A DNA stretch of 64,000 nt from Candidatus Eiseniibacteriota bacterium (GCA_963744995.1 CAVUWA010000005.1:64001-128000), one strand, 5' to 3'; numbered from the stretch's first letter, positions 55,239-64,000 are shown. Program-made: numbers and translations. The notes: generated by a model from the letters alone, not told the origin.

Positions 55239-57755
55239 CTATCGCGTATAGACCATGCGGCGTGCGAGACGCTCGCCGCCCATCGTGAGTTCGTACAGGT
55301 AGACGCCGCTCTTCACGCGGCGGCCGCCCTGATCGGTGCCGTTCCAGACGGCCTCGTAGGGGCCCGGAACCAGTGCCTGGTCGAGCAGCGTCCGGATCCG
55401 CCGGCCGGTGATGTCGTACACCGACAGTGTCACGCGTCCGGCGCGGCGCAGGTCGAAGCGGATCGTGGTCCTTGGCGTGAACGGGTTGGGCGCGCTCTGC
55501 TGCAGCACCGCGAACGCGGTCCCACCGCTCGACGACGACACGGGCCGCGGCACGCCGGTGGGCTCGGTGCAGTAGTCCCAGACGCTCAACACGCGCACCA
55601 TCGGCGTGGTCGTCGAGTAGTTCACGTCGTCGAGCGACATCGCGCGGTTGCCGTAGCCGAAGCACTCGAAGTCACCGATTCCTGCGGCGCTCGTGCCGAG
55701 CTGCTGCCCCGCCGCCGCGTAGCCGAGCCAGTACTTGAATTCGCCGTCGAGGTGGGTCGAATCGGGGAAGGTGAAGGCCCCCGTGTAGATGTAGTCACCG
55801 GCCGCTTCATCGAAACCGGCTCCGTCGTCGAACAGCCTGCTCGCCCACGGCAGGTTGAAGTCGAGCGGCAGCAGGTTGCCGCCGATCGCCACCGTGTCGG
55901 CCGGGCCCGGATTCGGCTCGGCGGTGCGCATGTCCACGCGGAACACCACCGTGATCGGCTTGTCGGTCACCGTGCACGCATCGATGCCGCGCGCCGGCAG
56001 CACCAGCTCGGGGTGACCGCTGCCGACCGTGCCGTAGACCTGGTCGTTGAGGTACACGTTGCGGTTCCCTTGATCGAGACACTCGAAATCGCCGCGGTAG
56101 AAGATCTTCCAGTCCACGCTCTTCGCCGTGCACACCGGGAAGCGCACCCGCGCCGCGTAGATGCCGTCACCGGCCGCGACGTCGGGGTCGACACCATCGT
56201 CCTTCATGGCGATTCCGGACGGCGTGAAGCTGAGCGGCGCCTGACCGCCCTGCACGTAGAAGGTGTCGGATGCCGTCGGGCTGACGCTATTGGCGTCCAC
56301 CTGGAACACCACGTCGACCTCGTTGTGGGTGAAGTTGGCGGGGTCGTCGTTGTTCCAGTAGGTGAGCAGGGTGACCGACGCGCCGCTGTCGCTGCTGGCG
56401 GTGAACTCGCGATTCGAGCTGAGCGGTTCGTACTCGCTGCACTTGCGCGCGAACTTGTAGCCGAGGAACGACTCCGCCTTGCCGGTGTTCGGATCCTTGA
56501 CCATCGAGAACGGCACCGTCACGGCGTAGATCGAGTCGGCGTTGCCGTCGTAGGCAAATGCGTTGTCGCACAACGAGAAGGTGAGCGGGCTCAGGCTGCC
56601 CTCGACCGAGAACGTGTCGCTTGGCGCGAAGATGCCCTTGCAGAGGCCGACGCTCGCGTCGCACTGGAAGTTGATGTTCTGGATGAAGAACGAGCCGACG
56701 TTGTCGCCGGCGATCACGTTGTCGTTCTCGTCCTGCACGTTGCTCACCGTGAGGTCGTAGAAGCTGGCGTTCGCTCCGATCGACTGCGACAGCGTCAGGT
56801 GGACGAGTGCGTGGTTGGTCGCGTCGCGCTGCGCCAGGATCACCAGCGGGATGGCGGCGCCGCCGATCGCGTAGTTGCCGGCGGACTGCGACGTGGTCAG
56901 TTCCACCGGCTCGCTGAAGGTCACGTCGACCTTGTTGCTGTTGAGCGCGAACGTCTTGTCGCCGAGCAGCAGGAAGTTGACGGCCTTCGCGCTCTCGACC
57001 CTGGGCGGCGTGTTGTCCACGAAGAGCTGGACGACGTACGGCTTCATCGCCGTCATCTGCACGACGTCGGTGGTGTCGAACGTCGTGGTGCCGACCCGCG
57101 ACATCTGCACGTCGTCGCTCGCCACCGCGTCGAGCGGCCCCTTGTTGCCGCTGTTCTGCGTCATCCACCACTCGAGATTCAGCGTATCGCCGGCGGTCAC
57201 ACCCAGCGTGGCGAGCGACAGACGCAGCTCATAGAAGTGCGTGTCTTCGCCGGCGATGCCGAGCCCGTTCGAACCGTCCTGCTGCACCTGCCAGGTACCG
57301 GCGTTGTCCTTGTAGAGCACTTCGTAGTTGTTCGCGTCGAGCTCGAAGTAGACGTAGAAGTCGGGCTTGTGGGGCACGTTGCTCCAGCCGATCTTGCGCG
57401 TGAACGGGTCGCTGGTGCCACCCGCAGCGGTGTTCTTCACGTCGAGCGCGATGCCCATCTGCGGCGTCGGGCTTTTGAAGCAGTCGTCGGGCGGATCACC
57501 GATGTTGTGGTAGTAGCCGATGTAGAGGAAGTTGTTGTCGTTCGTCACGTAAACGCGGCCGATGTCCATGGGCGAGATCACGGTCGCGGTGCACCAGGCG
57601 CTGGCCTGCGTGTCCAGGGAGTCGTCCTCGACCAGGTTCGACGCGTCGAAGTCGTTGAGTCCGTCGATTGTGATCGTCTGCGGCACGGCGGCGAGCGCGG
57701 GGGCGGCGCCGAAGGCCAGACAGGCGGCGAACAGGAAGAGCGGCAGTCGTCTCAT
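55239..57755 (-). CDS. Secreted multidomain putative carbohydrate-binding protein (DOMON-like, Ig-like, three CBM20-like repeats, FlgD-Ig/T9SS-like CTD)
   Basis: TITIDG, DIGRVYVTNDNNFLYIG; Ig-like VDVTFSEPV; three repeats of VxFxVD...V.G...PL.F....DDG..D..AGD.IY...YKF...E...NR; C-terminus PNPF...WNGTDQGGRRVKSGVY. Confidence 0.72.
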   Translation of the reverse strand: MRRLPLFLFAACLAFGAAPALAAVPQTITIDGLNDFDASNLVEDDSLDTQASAWCTATVISPMDIGRVYVTNDNNFLYIGYYHNIGDPPDDCFKSPTPQMGIALDVKNTAAGGTSDPFTRKIGWSNVPHKPDFYVYFELDANNYEVLYKDNAGTWQVQQDGSNGLGIAGEDTHFYELRLSLATLGVTAGDTLNLEWWMTQNSGNKGPLDAVASDDVQMSRVGTTTFDTTDVVQMTAMKPYVVQLFVDNTPPRVESAKAVNFLLLGDKTFALNSNKVDVTFSEPVELTTSQSAGNYAIGGAAIPLVILAQRDATNHALVHLTLSQSIGANASFYDLTVSNVQDENDNVIAGDNVGSFFIQNINFQCDASVGLCKGIFAPSDTFSVEGSLSPLTFSLCDNAFAYDGNADSIYAVTVPFSMVKDPNTGKAESFLGYKFARKCSEYEPLSSNREFTASSDSGASVTLLTYWNNDDPANFTHNEVDVVFQVDANSVSPTASDTFYVQGGQAPLSFTPSGIAMKDDGVDPDVAAGDGIYAARVRFPVCTAKSVDWKIFYRGDFECLDQGNRNVYLNDQVYGTVGSGHPELVLPARGIDACTVTDKPITVVFRVDMRTAEPNPGPADTVAIGGNLLPLDFNLPWASRLFDDGAGFDEAAGDYIYTGAFTFPDSTHLDGEFKYWLGYAAAGQQLGTSAAGIGDFECFGYGNRAMSLDDVNYSTTTPMVRVLSVWDYCTEPTGVPRPVSSSSGGTAFAVLQQSAPNPFTPRTTIRFDLRRAGRVTLSVYDITGRRIRTLLDQALVPGPYEAVWNGTDQGGRRVKSGVYLYELTMGGERLARRMVYTR

Positions 57756-57982
57756 GGGTGCGGTCTCCGCCGGCGGAGTCTCGGAATGCGATCGCGGAGG
57801 CGTACGGGCGCGCAGCCAGACCCCTGGGCCGGCGCAGTCCCGAAATCTGCCCGATCCGCTCTGTGGGACTTCAGCGCCATGATTCTAGAGCCTCCCGCGA
57901 GACCGAAGCAACGCGGCAGCACGCGGGTCGATGCTCCTTTCGTATCCCCACACATGACCTCGCGGAGGCACCGCGCAAATGC

Positions 57983-58011
57983 TTGACCCCCGCTCCCGTG
58001 CGCGCGAATAT
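57983..58011 (+). promoter_or_regulatory. Possible sigma70 promoter for the barrel operon
   Basis: TTGACC, 17-bp spacer, GAATAT, 35 bp upstream of the GTG at 58047. Confidence 0.35.
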
Positions 58012-58046
58012 GCCGCGACCCTACACGCACGCTTGGTGGATTCCCC

Positions 58047-59288
58047 GTGATCCGACGACTCTTCCTCACGCTTGCCGCCCTTTTTCTGCCATCCATCGTC
58101 TGGTCCGCCACCGCCAGGGACCTGAGCGACCGCATGGTCATCGACGGCTTCACCGGCGAGTACGTGGATGGTGAGGCGATCTTCGGCATCAATGCCGCGC
58201 AGAACACTCTGGAGGAGTCGACCGCCGACTCCAAGTGGGGCCCCGACAACGACATCAACCAGATCCGCATCACGTGGGACGCGCAGTACCTCTATTTCGC
58301 GGGCGAGGGCGTGATCTGGGGCAACAACATGGTGATCCTGATCGACGTGATTCCGGGACGCGGTCTGGCCACCATGCGGCAACTCAACTCGTGGTCGCGC
58401 AACTTCATCTTCAGCGACGACTTCGCCCCGGACGTGTTCGGCGCCACGTGGGACGGCAACCAGAGCCCCCACTTCCTGATCCACCAGGGCGGCACCCAGG
58501 TGGACGACCAGCAGGTCGGTGAGTTGTTCCAGGCTGCGGCGACCTTTTCCACCAACCTGCGCGGGCGTGCGATGGAGTTCGCGATTCCCTGGAACACGCT
58601 GTTCCTCGGCACCGAGGGGCTCGGCACGACACCCCAGGTCGTCGACGGCGACACGATCCCGACGTTCCCGCCCGGCTCGCAGCTCAAGATCTGCGGCGTG
58701 ATCACCGCGGGCGGCGACAACACCGGCGGCCCGGATTCGGCGCCCGACAACACCCGCGGCCACGTCGAGGACGGCAATCAGGACGTGATCATCGACAACT
58801 ACGCGATCGTGGATCTGGACCGGAACGACGACACCGGACTCGGCTCGGGCGGTCCGGACGGCGTCGCCGACTGGGGCGTGGATCCCAAGTCACGCGTGTC
58901 GTTCAAATTCCAGCCGCCGGTCACCGCGGTGCGCCTGGAGATCGACGACGTGGTCCTCGACCGCCCCGCGTTCGCACCGGACCGCGGCGGGGATCTGACG
59001 TTCTCGTTCAAGCTCGCCCCCCCGCTCGATCCCAACGACCCGATCAATGCCGGCCGCACCGCCGGGCTCACCGCCAACATCTTCGATCTGCGCGGCCGAT
59101 TCATCCGCAACCTGTTCATCAATGAACAGCGGCTCGCCGCCGATCCCAACGACGGTTACGAGAGCCATGACCGCTGGGACGGGCGCGACGAGGCGGGGCA
59201 CATCGTGCCGGCCGGCGTCTACATCCTGCGTTGCGTGCTCGAACCCAACGCGAGCCGCGTGACGCGGGCGTTCGTGGTGGTGCGGTGA
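58047..59288 (+). CDS. Secreted DOMON-like domain protein with FlgD-Ig (type B CTD-like) C-terminus
   Basis: Signal peptide; MVIDG, NDINQIRITWDAQYLYF, EFAIPW; C-terminus FAPD...IFDLRGRFIRNL...WDGRDEAGHIVPAGVY. Confidence 0.75.
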   Translation: MIRRLFLTLAALFLPSIVWSATARDLSDRMVIDGFTGEYVDGEAIFGINAAQNTLEESTADSKWGPDNDINQIRITWDAQYLYFAGEGVIWGNNMVILIDVIPGRGLATMRQLNSWSRNFIFSDDFAPDVFGATWDGNQSPHFLIHQGGTQVDDQQVGELFQAAATFSTNLRGRAMEFAIPWNTLFLGTEGLGTTPQVVDGDTIPTFPPGSQLKICGVITAGGDNTGGPDSAPDNTRGHVEDGNQDVIIDNYAIVDLDRNDDTGLGSGGPDGVADWGVDPKSRVSFKFQPPVTAVRLEIDDVVLDRPAFAPDRGGDLTFSFKLAPPLDPNDPINAGRTAGLTANIFDLRGRFIRNLFINEQRLAADPNDGYESHDRWDGRDEAGHIVPAGVYILRCVLEPNASRVTRAFVVVR

Positions 59289-60241
59289 GTTCCCTCCGTC
59301 CTCCGGCCGCACGGCGCGCGCGCGTCGCAGTCGCCGTCTGGGCGGCGCTGATGATCGCGGCGCCGGCACACGCCTATTTCGAGGAGACCGCCGTCGGCGC
59401 CCGGCCGATCTCGCTCGGCTCCTCCGCGGCCGCGCTCGTCGAGGATGCCAGCGCCTACTACTGGAACCCGGCGGGACTGGCGCGGATCGGCAAGCCGCAG
59501 GTGCTGTTCCACGTCGGCAGGCCCTACGGCATCCAGGACCTGGGCGCGAACGCGGTGGCCTACGGCATGCCGCTCGCGGGCGGCGGCGTGGCCGTCGCCT
59601 GGCATCACCTCGGCATCACCGACGTCTACGGTGAGGACCAGTTCTCGCTCGGCGCGGGACGCGAGGTGTGGGCGGCCCGCGGCCACCGTCTCGACGCGGG
59701 TGCCACGTTCAAGTTCGGCCGGGTCGCGTTCCAGCCGTTCACCGACCGCCAGAGCGGCGCGACCGTCGACTTCGGCAGCCTCTCCAAGGGCTCGCTCGAT
59801 CTGGGCCTCGACTGGCGGACGCCCGGTCTGTTCGCGTTCGCCTGGGTGCTGCGCGACGTGCTGCAGCCCGACTACGAGTTCATCCCGGGTTCGGGCGGCG
59901 GCAAGGTCCACGCACGCCAGGAGGTGTCGGCCATCTGCCGCTGGAATCCGGAGTCCACCGTGTCGCTCGGCTGGCGCCAGATCGACGGCGTCGGCGACAC
60001 CGCGCTCGACGCGGGACTCGAGATCTGGTTCTACGACGTCTTCGCGATCCGCTCCGGCTTCCGGAACCTCGCGGTCATCAGCGACGCCGAGGGCTCGCCC
60101 AACGACCTGTCGTTCACCGGCGGCTTCGGCATCCGGGACCCGCGCTGGGCGATCGACGCCGCGGCCACGACCCAGCGTGACCTCGGCGCCTCCTACCGCG
60201 TGAGCCTGAGCATCCCGCTCGCCTTCGGGAGCCCGCGATGA
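59285..60241 (+). CDS. PorV/PorQ/PorP-like (FadL-related) outer-membrane beta-barrel
   Basis: Signal AHA-Y; GARPISLG...DASAYYWNPAGL; amphipathic strands; GLEIW....IRSG, FTGGFG, DLGASYRVSL. Confidence 0.8.
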   Translation: MSSLRPPAARRARVAVAVWAALMIAAPAHAYFEETAVGARPISLGSSAAALVEDASAYYWNPAGLARIGKPQVLFHVGRPYGIQDLGANAVAYGMPLAGGGVAVAWHHLGITDVYGEDQFSLGAGREVWAARGHRLDAGATFKFGRVAFQPFTDRQSGATVDFGSLSKGSLDLGLDWRTPGLFAFAWVLRDVLQPDYEFIPGSGGGKVHARQEVSAICRWNPESTVSLGWRQIDGVGDTALDAGLEIWFYDVFAIRSGFRNLAVISDAEGSPNDLSFTGGFGIRDPRWAIDAAATTQRDLGASYRVSLSIPLAFGSPR

Positions 60242-61833
60242 GGCGCGTCCGTCCCGGTGGCTGGTCGCTCGTCGCGATCGCCCTGGCACTTTGCGCCGCC
60301 TGCGTCCGCCCGGCGGCCGCGGCGGCCACCAAAGTCGAGGGCGAGTACCAGCTGATGCTCGACTCCCGCAAGGATCAGCGCTTCTTCCCGTGGGACTGGG
60401 ACAGCAACAACAACGACGAGTGGACCGGCGCCCAGCTGCGGCTGTTCTCGGTGCCGCGCAGCGGGGTCGAGGCGTTCCTCAAGTTCGAAGCCGACTGGAG
60501 CGACCCCAACAACAATACGCCGCGCCCGGTGTTCCAGTACCGCGAAGCCCACCTGCGCTACCGCTGGGACCTCGGCGGCAGGGGCTTCGACAGCTACCTG
60601 TTCTCGCGCCAGGATCGCTTCTGGGTGGACAACTACCTCATCAAGGTCGTCGAGAGCGGCCCGCTCACCGACGGCGGCAACGCGCAGGGCGTGCGCGTGG
60701 ACTCGTGGGGCTTCTGGGGCATCAACGCCACGGCCATCGCCTCGGATTTCAGCTCGCAGTTCAATCCCGTGAACGCGGAGGGCAACCCTTCACGCGGCTC
60801 GGTGGACAAGACCGACGACGCCTACGTGCTGCGCCTGCGCCGGGAGTTCCTCGACCAGAAGGCGCTCAGGCTGGGGTTCACGTTCAACCGCAAGAACGAG
60901 AACCAGATCAACGAGACCGTCGAGCGCGCCGAGGTCTACGCGGTGGACAGCCGCTACACCTGGGCCGGCCCGAAACTCGGTCCGCTCGACCTGTCGTCCA
61001 CGGACCTCGCGCTCGAGTACGCCGAGAGCCGCTCGCCGATCACCTCGGTCACCTATCCCGACGCCCAGGACCGCAAGCTCACCTTCTTCAAGAACTCCAC
61101 CGGCATCCACCTGCCCGATCGCGGGGTGCTGGTCGGTGAGATCCGCACGGTGCGCCTCGGTACGCCCGAGACCGGATACCTGAACGTCGCCCCGGTCTAC
61201 TGGAGCCGCGGCCCGCTGTGGGACAACCGCGCCGGCGCCTCGAACCGCGACGAGACCGGATTCACGATCAACACCTGGTACCTGCTCCCCGACCGCGCGA
61301 TCACGCTCACCAACAACTACGTGCGCTACAAGAAGCGCGCCTTCGAGAAGCGCGAGGACACCGAGTACTACAACGAGGTCTACATCGAGTTCGTGAACGG
61401 CTTCACCGGCAAGAGCTACTACCGCCAGCACGAGATCCTGCGCGACATCGGCGGGCTCCAGCAGACCGAGGATCACGACGACTGGTTCAACGAGCTGCAG
61501 GTCGAGAGCCGCCTCGCGTGGCTGCGCGTGCAGACCAAAGTCAAGGACGTCGGCACCCCGGCGCGCAAACAGCTCTACTCGATCGAAACCCGGCTGAACC
61601 TCACCGGGAAGCTGCAGCTCTACAACCGCTTCGCGTTCGGCAACGATCCCAGCATCCTGCGCAAGGGGCTGTTCTCGCAGCTGCGTTACCGGCCGAGCGG
61701 CAACATGGAAATGTTCATCGAATACGGGCCCTCGTGGATCGGCGACTCCGCGACCCCGGTGGACGACGGCGACCTCGAAGGCGGCGGGGACCAGACCGAC
61801 ATCTTCAAGTTCATCCTGAAAGGAACGTTCTGA
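60238..61833 (+). CDS. Outer-membrane beta-barrel protein of unknown family
   Basis: Signal peptide; aromatic-rich alternating strands; C-terminal beta-signal FKFILKGTF; ATGA-coupled to the upstream gene. Confidence 0.7.
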   Translation: MRRVRPGGWSLVAIALALCAACVRPAAAAATKVEGEYQLMLDSRKDQRFFPWDWDSNNNDEWTGAQLRLFSVPRSGVEAFLKFEADWSDPNNNTPRPVFQYREAHLRYRWDLGGRGFDSYLFSRQDRFWVDNYLIKVVESGPLTDGGNAQGVRVDSWGFWGINATAIASDFSSQFNPVNAEGNPSRGSVDKTDDAYVLRLRREFLDQKALRLGFTFNRKNENQINETVERAEVYAVDSRYTWAGPKLGPLDLSSTDLALEYAESRSPITSVTYPDAQDRKLTFFKNSTGIHLPDRGVLVGEIRTVRLGTPETGYLNVAPVYWSRGPLWDNRAGASNRDETGFTINTWYLLPDRAITLTNNYVRYKKRAFEKREDTEYYNEVYIEFVNGFTGKSYYRQHEILRDIGGLQQTEDHDDWFNELQVESRLAWLRVQTKVKDVGTPARKQLYSIETRLNLTGKLQLYNRFAFGNDPSILRKGLFSQLRYRPSGNMEMFIEYGPSWIGDSATPVDDGDLEGGGDQTDIFKFILKGTF

Positions 61834-64000
61834 TGCGGCAGATCGTGGCAGCGACCGGTGCCCGGCCCGTCCGCACGGGACGCCGGGCGGCCGCCTGGCG
61901 GCTCGCGCTGGCGCTGGGCGCGCTGTGGGCTCTCGCGCCCGGCGCCGCGGCGGCGGCACCAGCTTCGGTGCCGGGCGGCATCCGCTTCACCTACTCTGAC
62001 CCCGGCGCGAGCGCGGTGTACTGGGCCGGCGAGTTCAACGGCTGGAACGCCACTGCCACCCCGCTCACCAGGGGCGCGGACGGCGTCTGGTCGGTGGTCG
62101 TGGCGCTGCCGCCCGGGGAACACCAGTACAAGTTCGTCGTGGATGGCCAGTGGTTCGCCGACCCGGAGAATCCGGTCACGGGCGGCGACTTCGGCAACAG
62201 CGTCGTCACGGTCGGCGCAGACGGCAAACTCGCCGAGATGAAGGCCACCTCGAACACGCCGTACAGTCCGAAGATCTTCATGGGCGGGCGCATGATCGGC
62301 CTCTACCTGAGCCGCGAATCGACCGCGAACCACCGCTTCGAGCTGCGCCGCCCGAACATGGACATCGATCTCGACTTCGACATCCGCATCTCGGATGTGC
62401 TGTCGGCCCGCTTCCTGATGAACATCAACAGCGAGACCGAAAACGTCGAATTCTACCGCTCGCGTCTGAACTTCGACCGCGGCCATCTGCTGTTCCACCA
62501 GCCGAACCTCGAGATCTACGGCTGGGACAACGAGAGCGTCGGCACCTGGAACGATCCGCTTCACCTGGTGGGCGACATCGGCATTTACGGCTATGGCTTC
62601 GGCTACCACCGCCAGGGCTTCAGCGCGCGGCCGAAGTGGGGCGGCTTCGAGACCGAGCTGATCTACGCCGACAACTTCGACCCGGGCGGCACCGCCTACC
62701 CGGCGACGCCGCTGGCCGACAATGTGGTGTTGCCGATCGTGCCCAGGGGCGGCGGCTACGCGGTGGCGCCGGGCGGCTCGGCGCTGCTCAAGACGACCTC
62801 GGTGAGCGACGCCAACGAGGACGTGATCGCCGCGCGGATCCATCACGAGATCGTGCCGGGGCTCAAGGCCGGTGTGCTCGGGCGCACCGACCGCGGCTAC
62901 AACCTGACGAGTCTCGTTCAGGTCCAGGCAACCGGCGACAGCACCGTCACTGCGTTCGGCGGCAACTTCGAGCAGAGCTGGTTCGCGATCGGCGGCGACG
63001 CCACGTGGCGATCGCCGTGGGGCGTGGAGCTCCGAGGCGAGTACCTGCGCGGCGTCGAGCGTTACGTCGCCGTCAACGCGACGCGCCAGGCGGTCACGAT
63101 CACCACCCTCGACACCACCGGCGCGACGCTCGCCTACGGGCCATCCCTGACCGCCAACGGCGACCACCTGAACGACGACGAGAGCAACCGTTTCCACCTG
63201 GGCGGCACCTGGACCGGCGCCGAGGGCGACATCACGGTGCGCGGCGCGATCCAGTACGAAGATCATTCGTACGGCCTCGAGCGGCAGGGCCTCGACAACT
63301 CGATGACGGTCTGGAGCGCGGGCTGGGATCGCAACTGGCGCTATTATCTGAACCGGGAGGTCAAGACCACGATCGACTTCGAGTACACGGCCTTCGACTA
63401 CGATCCGGCCACGCCCTGGAGCTCCCAGCTGTGGTTCCCGACCGGCAACTTCTGGCTGGAGGGCGGCGAGCACAAGGTGCGCTTCGACCGCATGGGCCTG
63501 CTCGGCGGCAACGACGTCGTGACCTGGCAGCCGCGGCTCGAGGTTCCGGTGTTCCGCACCCGCAACGTGACGTTCGAGTACGCGGGAACCTTCGACGGTG
63601 TGAAACTCGGCAACCTGCCCGAGTACGCCGAATCGATCTTCCGCATCGGGCTGGACGTGACGCCGCGCCTGCGTTTCTCGACCGATTCGCGCTGGGTCAA
63701 GTACGACAACCCGGCGCTCGGGCTGTTTGCGGGCTACATGAGCCACTTCGCCGACTTCACCTACACGTTCGGACCGGGCGTGACCGTTTCGCTGTCGGCG
63801 GGCGTGGATCCATGGGTCCTCGACCCGGTGACCAACGAATACGGCAACATCGGCCGCGACGCGTTTCTGTTCGACCGCGGCGCCACCGGCGCCCGCGCCG
63901 AAACGAACTATTACAGTCTGGGGACGTTCGACGGCACCCCGGGCCTCATCGACCAGGCCGAGCGCACGCTCGAGAAGGAACGTCGCGTGCAGGTCGAAGC
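61833..64000 (+). CDS. CBM48 (glycogen-binding) domain fused to a probable outer-membrane beta-barrel; runs off the window
   Basis: Not in the ORF track; translated by hand from ATG 61833 (TGATG overlap): signal peptide, then IRFTYSDPGASAVYWAGEFNGWN...DGVWSVVVALPPGEHQYKFVVDGQWFADPENP, then long amphipathic beta-strands; open to the window end. Confidence 0.82.
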   Translation, partial: MRQIVAATGARPVRTGRRAAAWRLALALGALWALAPGAAAAAPASVPGGIRFTYSDPGASAVYWAGEFNGWNATATPLTRGADGVWSVVVALPPGEHQYKFVVDGQWFADPENPVTGGDFGNSVVTVGADGKLAEMKATSNTPYSPKIFMGGRMIGLYLSRESTANHRFELRRPNMDIDLDFDIRISDVLSARFLMNINSETENVEFYRSRLNFDRGHLLFHQPNLEIYGWDNESVGTWNDPLHLVGDIGIYGYGFGYHRQGFSARPKWGGFETELIYADNFDPGGTAYPATPLADNVVLPIVPRGGGYAVAPGGSALLKTTSVSDANEDVIAARIHHEIVPGLKAGVLGRTDRGYNLTSLVQVQATGDSTVTAFGGNFEQSWFAIGGDATWRSPWGVELRGEYLRGVERYVAVNATRQAVTITTLDTTGATLAYGPSLTANGDHLNDDESNRFHLGGTWTGAEGDITVRGAIQYEDHSYGLERQGLDNSMTVWSAGWDRNWRYYLNREVKTTIDFEYTAFDYDPATPWSSQLWFPTGNFWLEGGEHKVRFDRMGLLGGNDVVTWQPRLEVPVFRTRNVTFEYAGTFDGVKLGNLPEYAESIFRIGLDVTPRLRFSTDSRWVKYDNPALGLFAGYMSHFADFTYTFGPGVTVSLSAGVDPWVLDPVTNEYGNIGRDAFLFDRGATGARAETNYYSLGTFDGTPGLIDQAERTLEKERRVQVE

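Noticed and set aside
45..63746. Long antisense and alternate-frame ORFs (e.g. 45-2309, 2698-5151, 20173-23943, 28353-32483, 55062-57986, 61686-63746)
   Set aside because: Arg/Ala/Gly/Pro-rich shadows of real genes caused by scarce stop codons in GC-rich DNA; no recognisable motifs.

Overview
GC-rich bacterial DNA with about 45 credible genes. I found no rRNA, tRNA, CRISPR array, integrase or transposase. Many secreted proteins carry FlgD-Ig/T9SS-like C-terminal domains, and there is a PorV-like barrel, which suggests a diderm FCB-superphylum lineage such as Ca. Eisenbacteria or Krumholzibacteriota (inference). Both ends of the window look devoted to alpha-glucan use. The left end has a GH13 amylase, a secreted GH57-like enzyme and a MalEFG-like ABC importer. 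The right end has secreted DOMON-like/CBM-like proteins, a PorV-like barrel, an unknown outer-membrane barrel and a CBM48-barrel fusion, with no SusC/SusD in view. A DOMON-like domain recurs at both ends. Three unrelated secreted proteins end in the same 16-residue motif, TPxxxS[TS]WGRxKxxYR-stop, a candidate protein-sorting signal. Other content: an Hmc-like redox cluster (hexaheme c7-type cytochrome, HybA-like, NrfD/HybB-like, heme-binding kinase with a Cys-rich insert, receiver-GcvH-like fusion lacking the lipoyl Lys) behind a probable sigma54 promoter; an acyl-ligase/ACP/acyltransferase/GT-C/flippase cluster; an OmpR two-component system next to an ABC exporter; a MEMO1 homologue with a signal peptide; an OPT transporter; a degenerate comM/yifB fragment; and a 39-bp direct repeat flanking one propeller gene. 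All family calls come from motifs read by eye, not database searches, and many start codons were chosen from RBS position and gene overlap.
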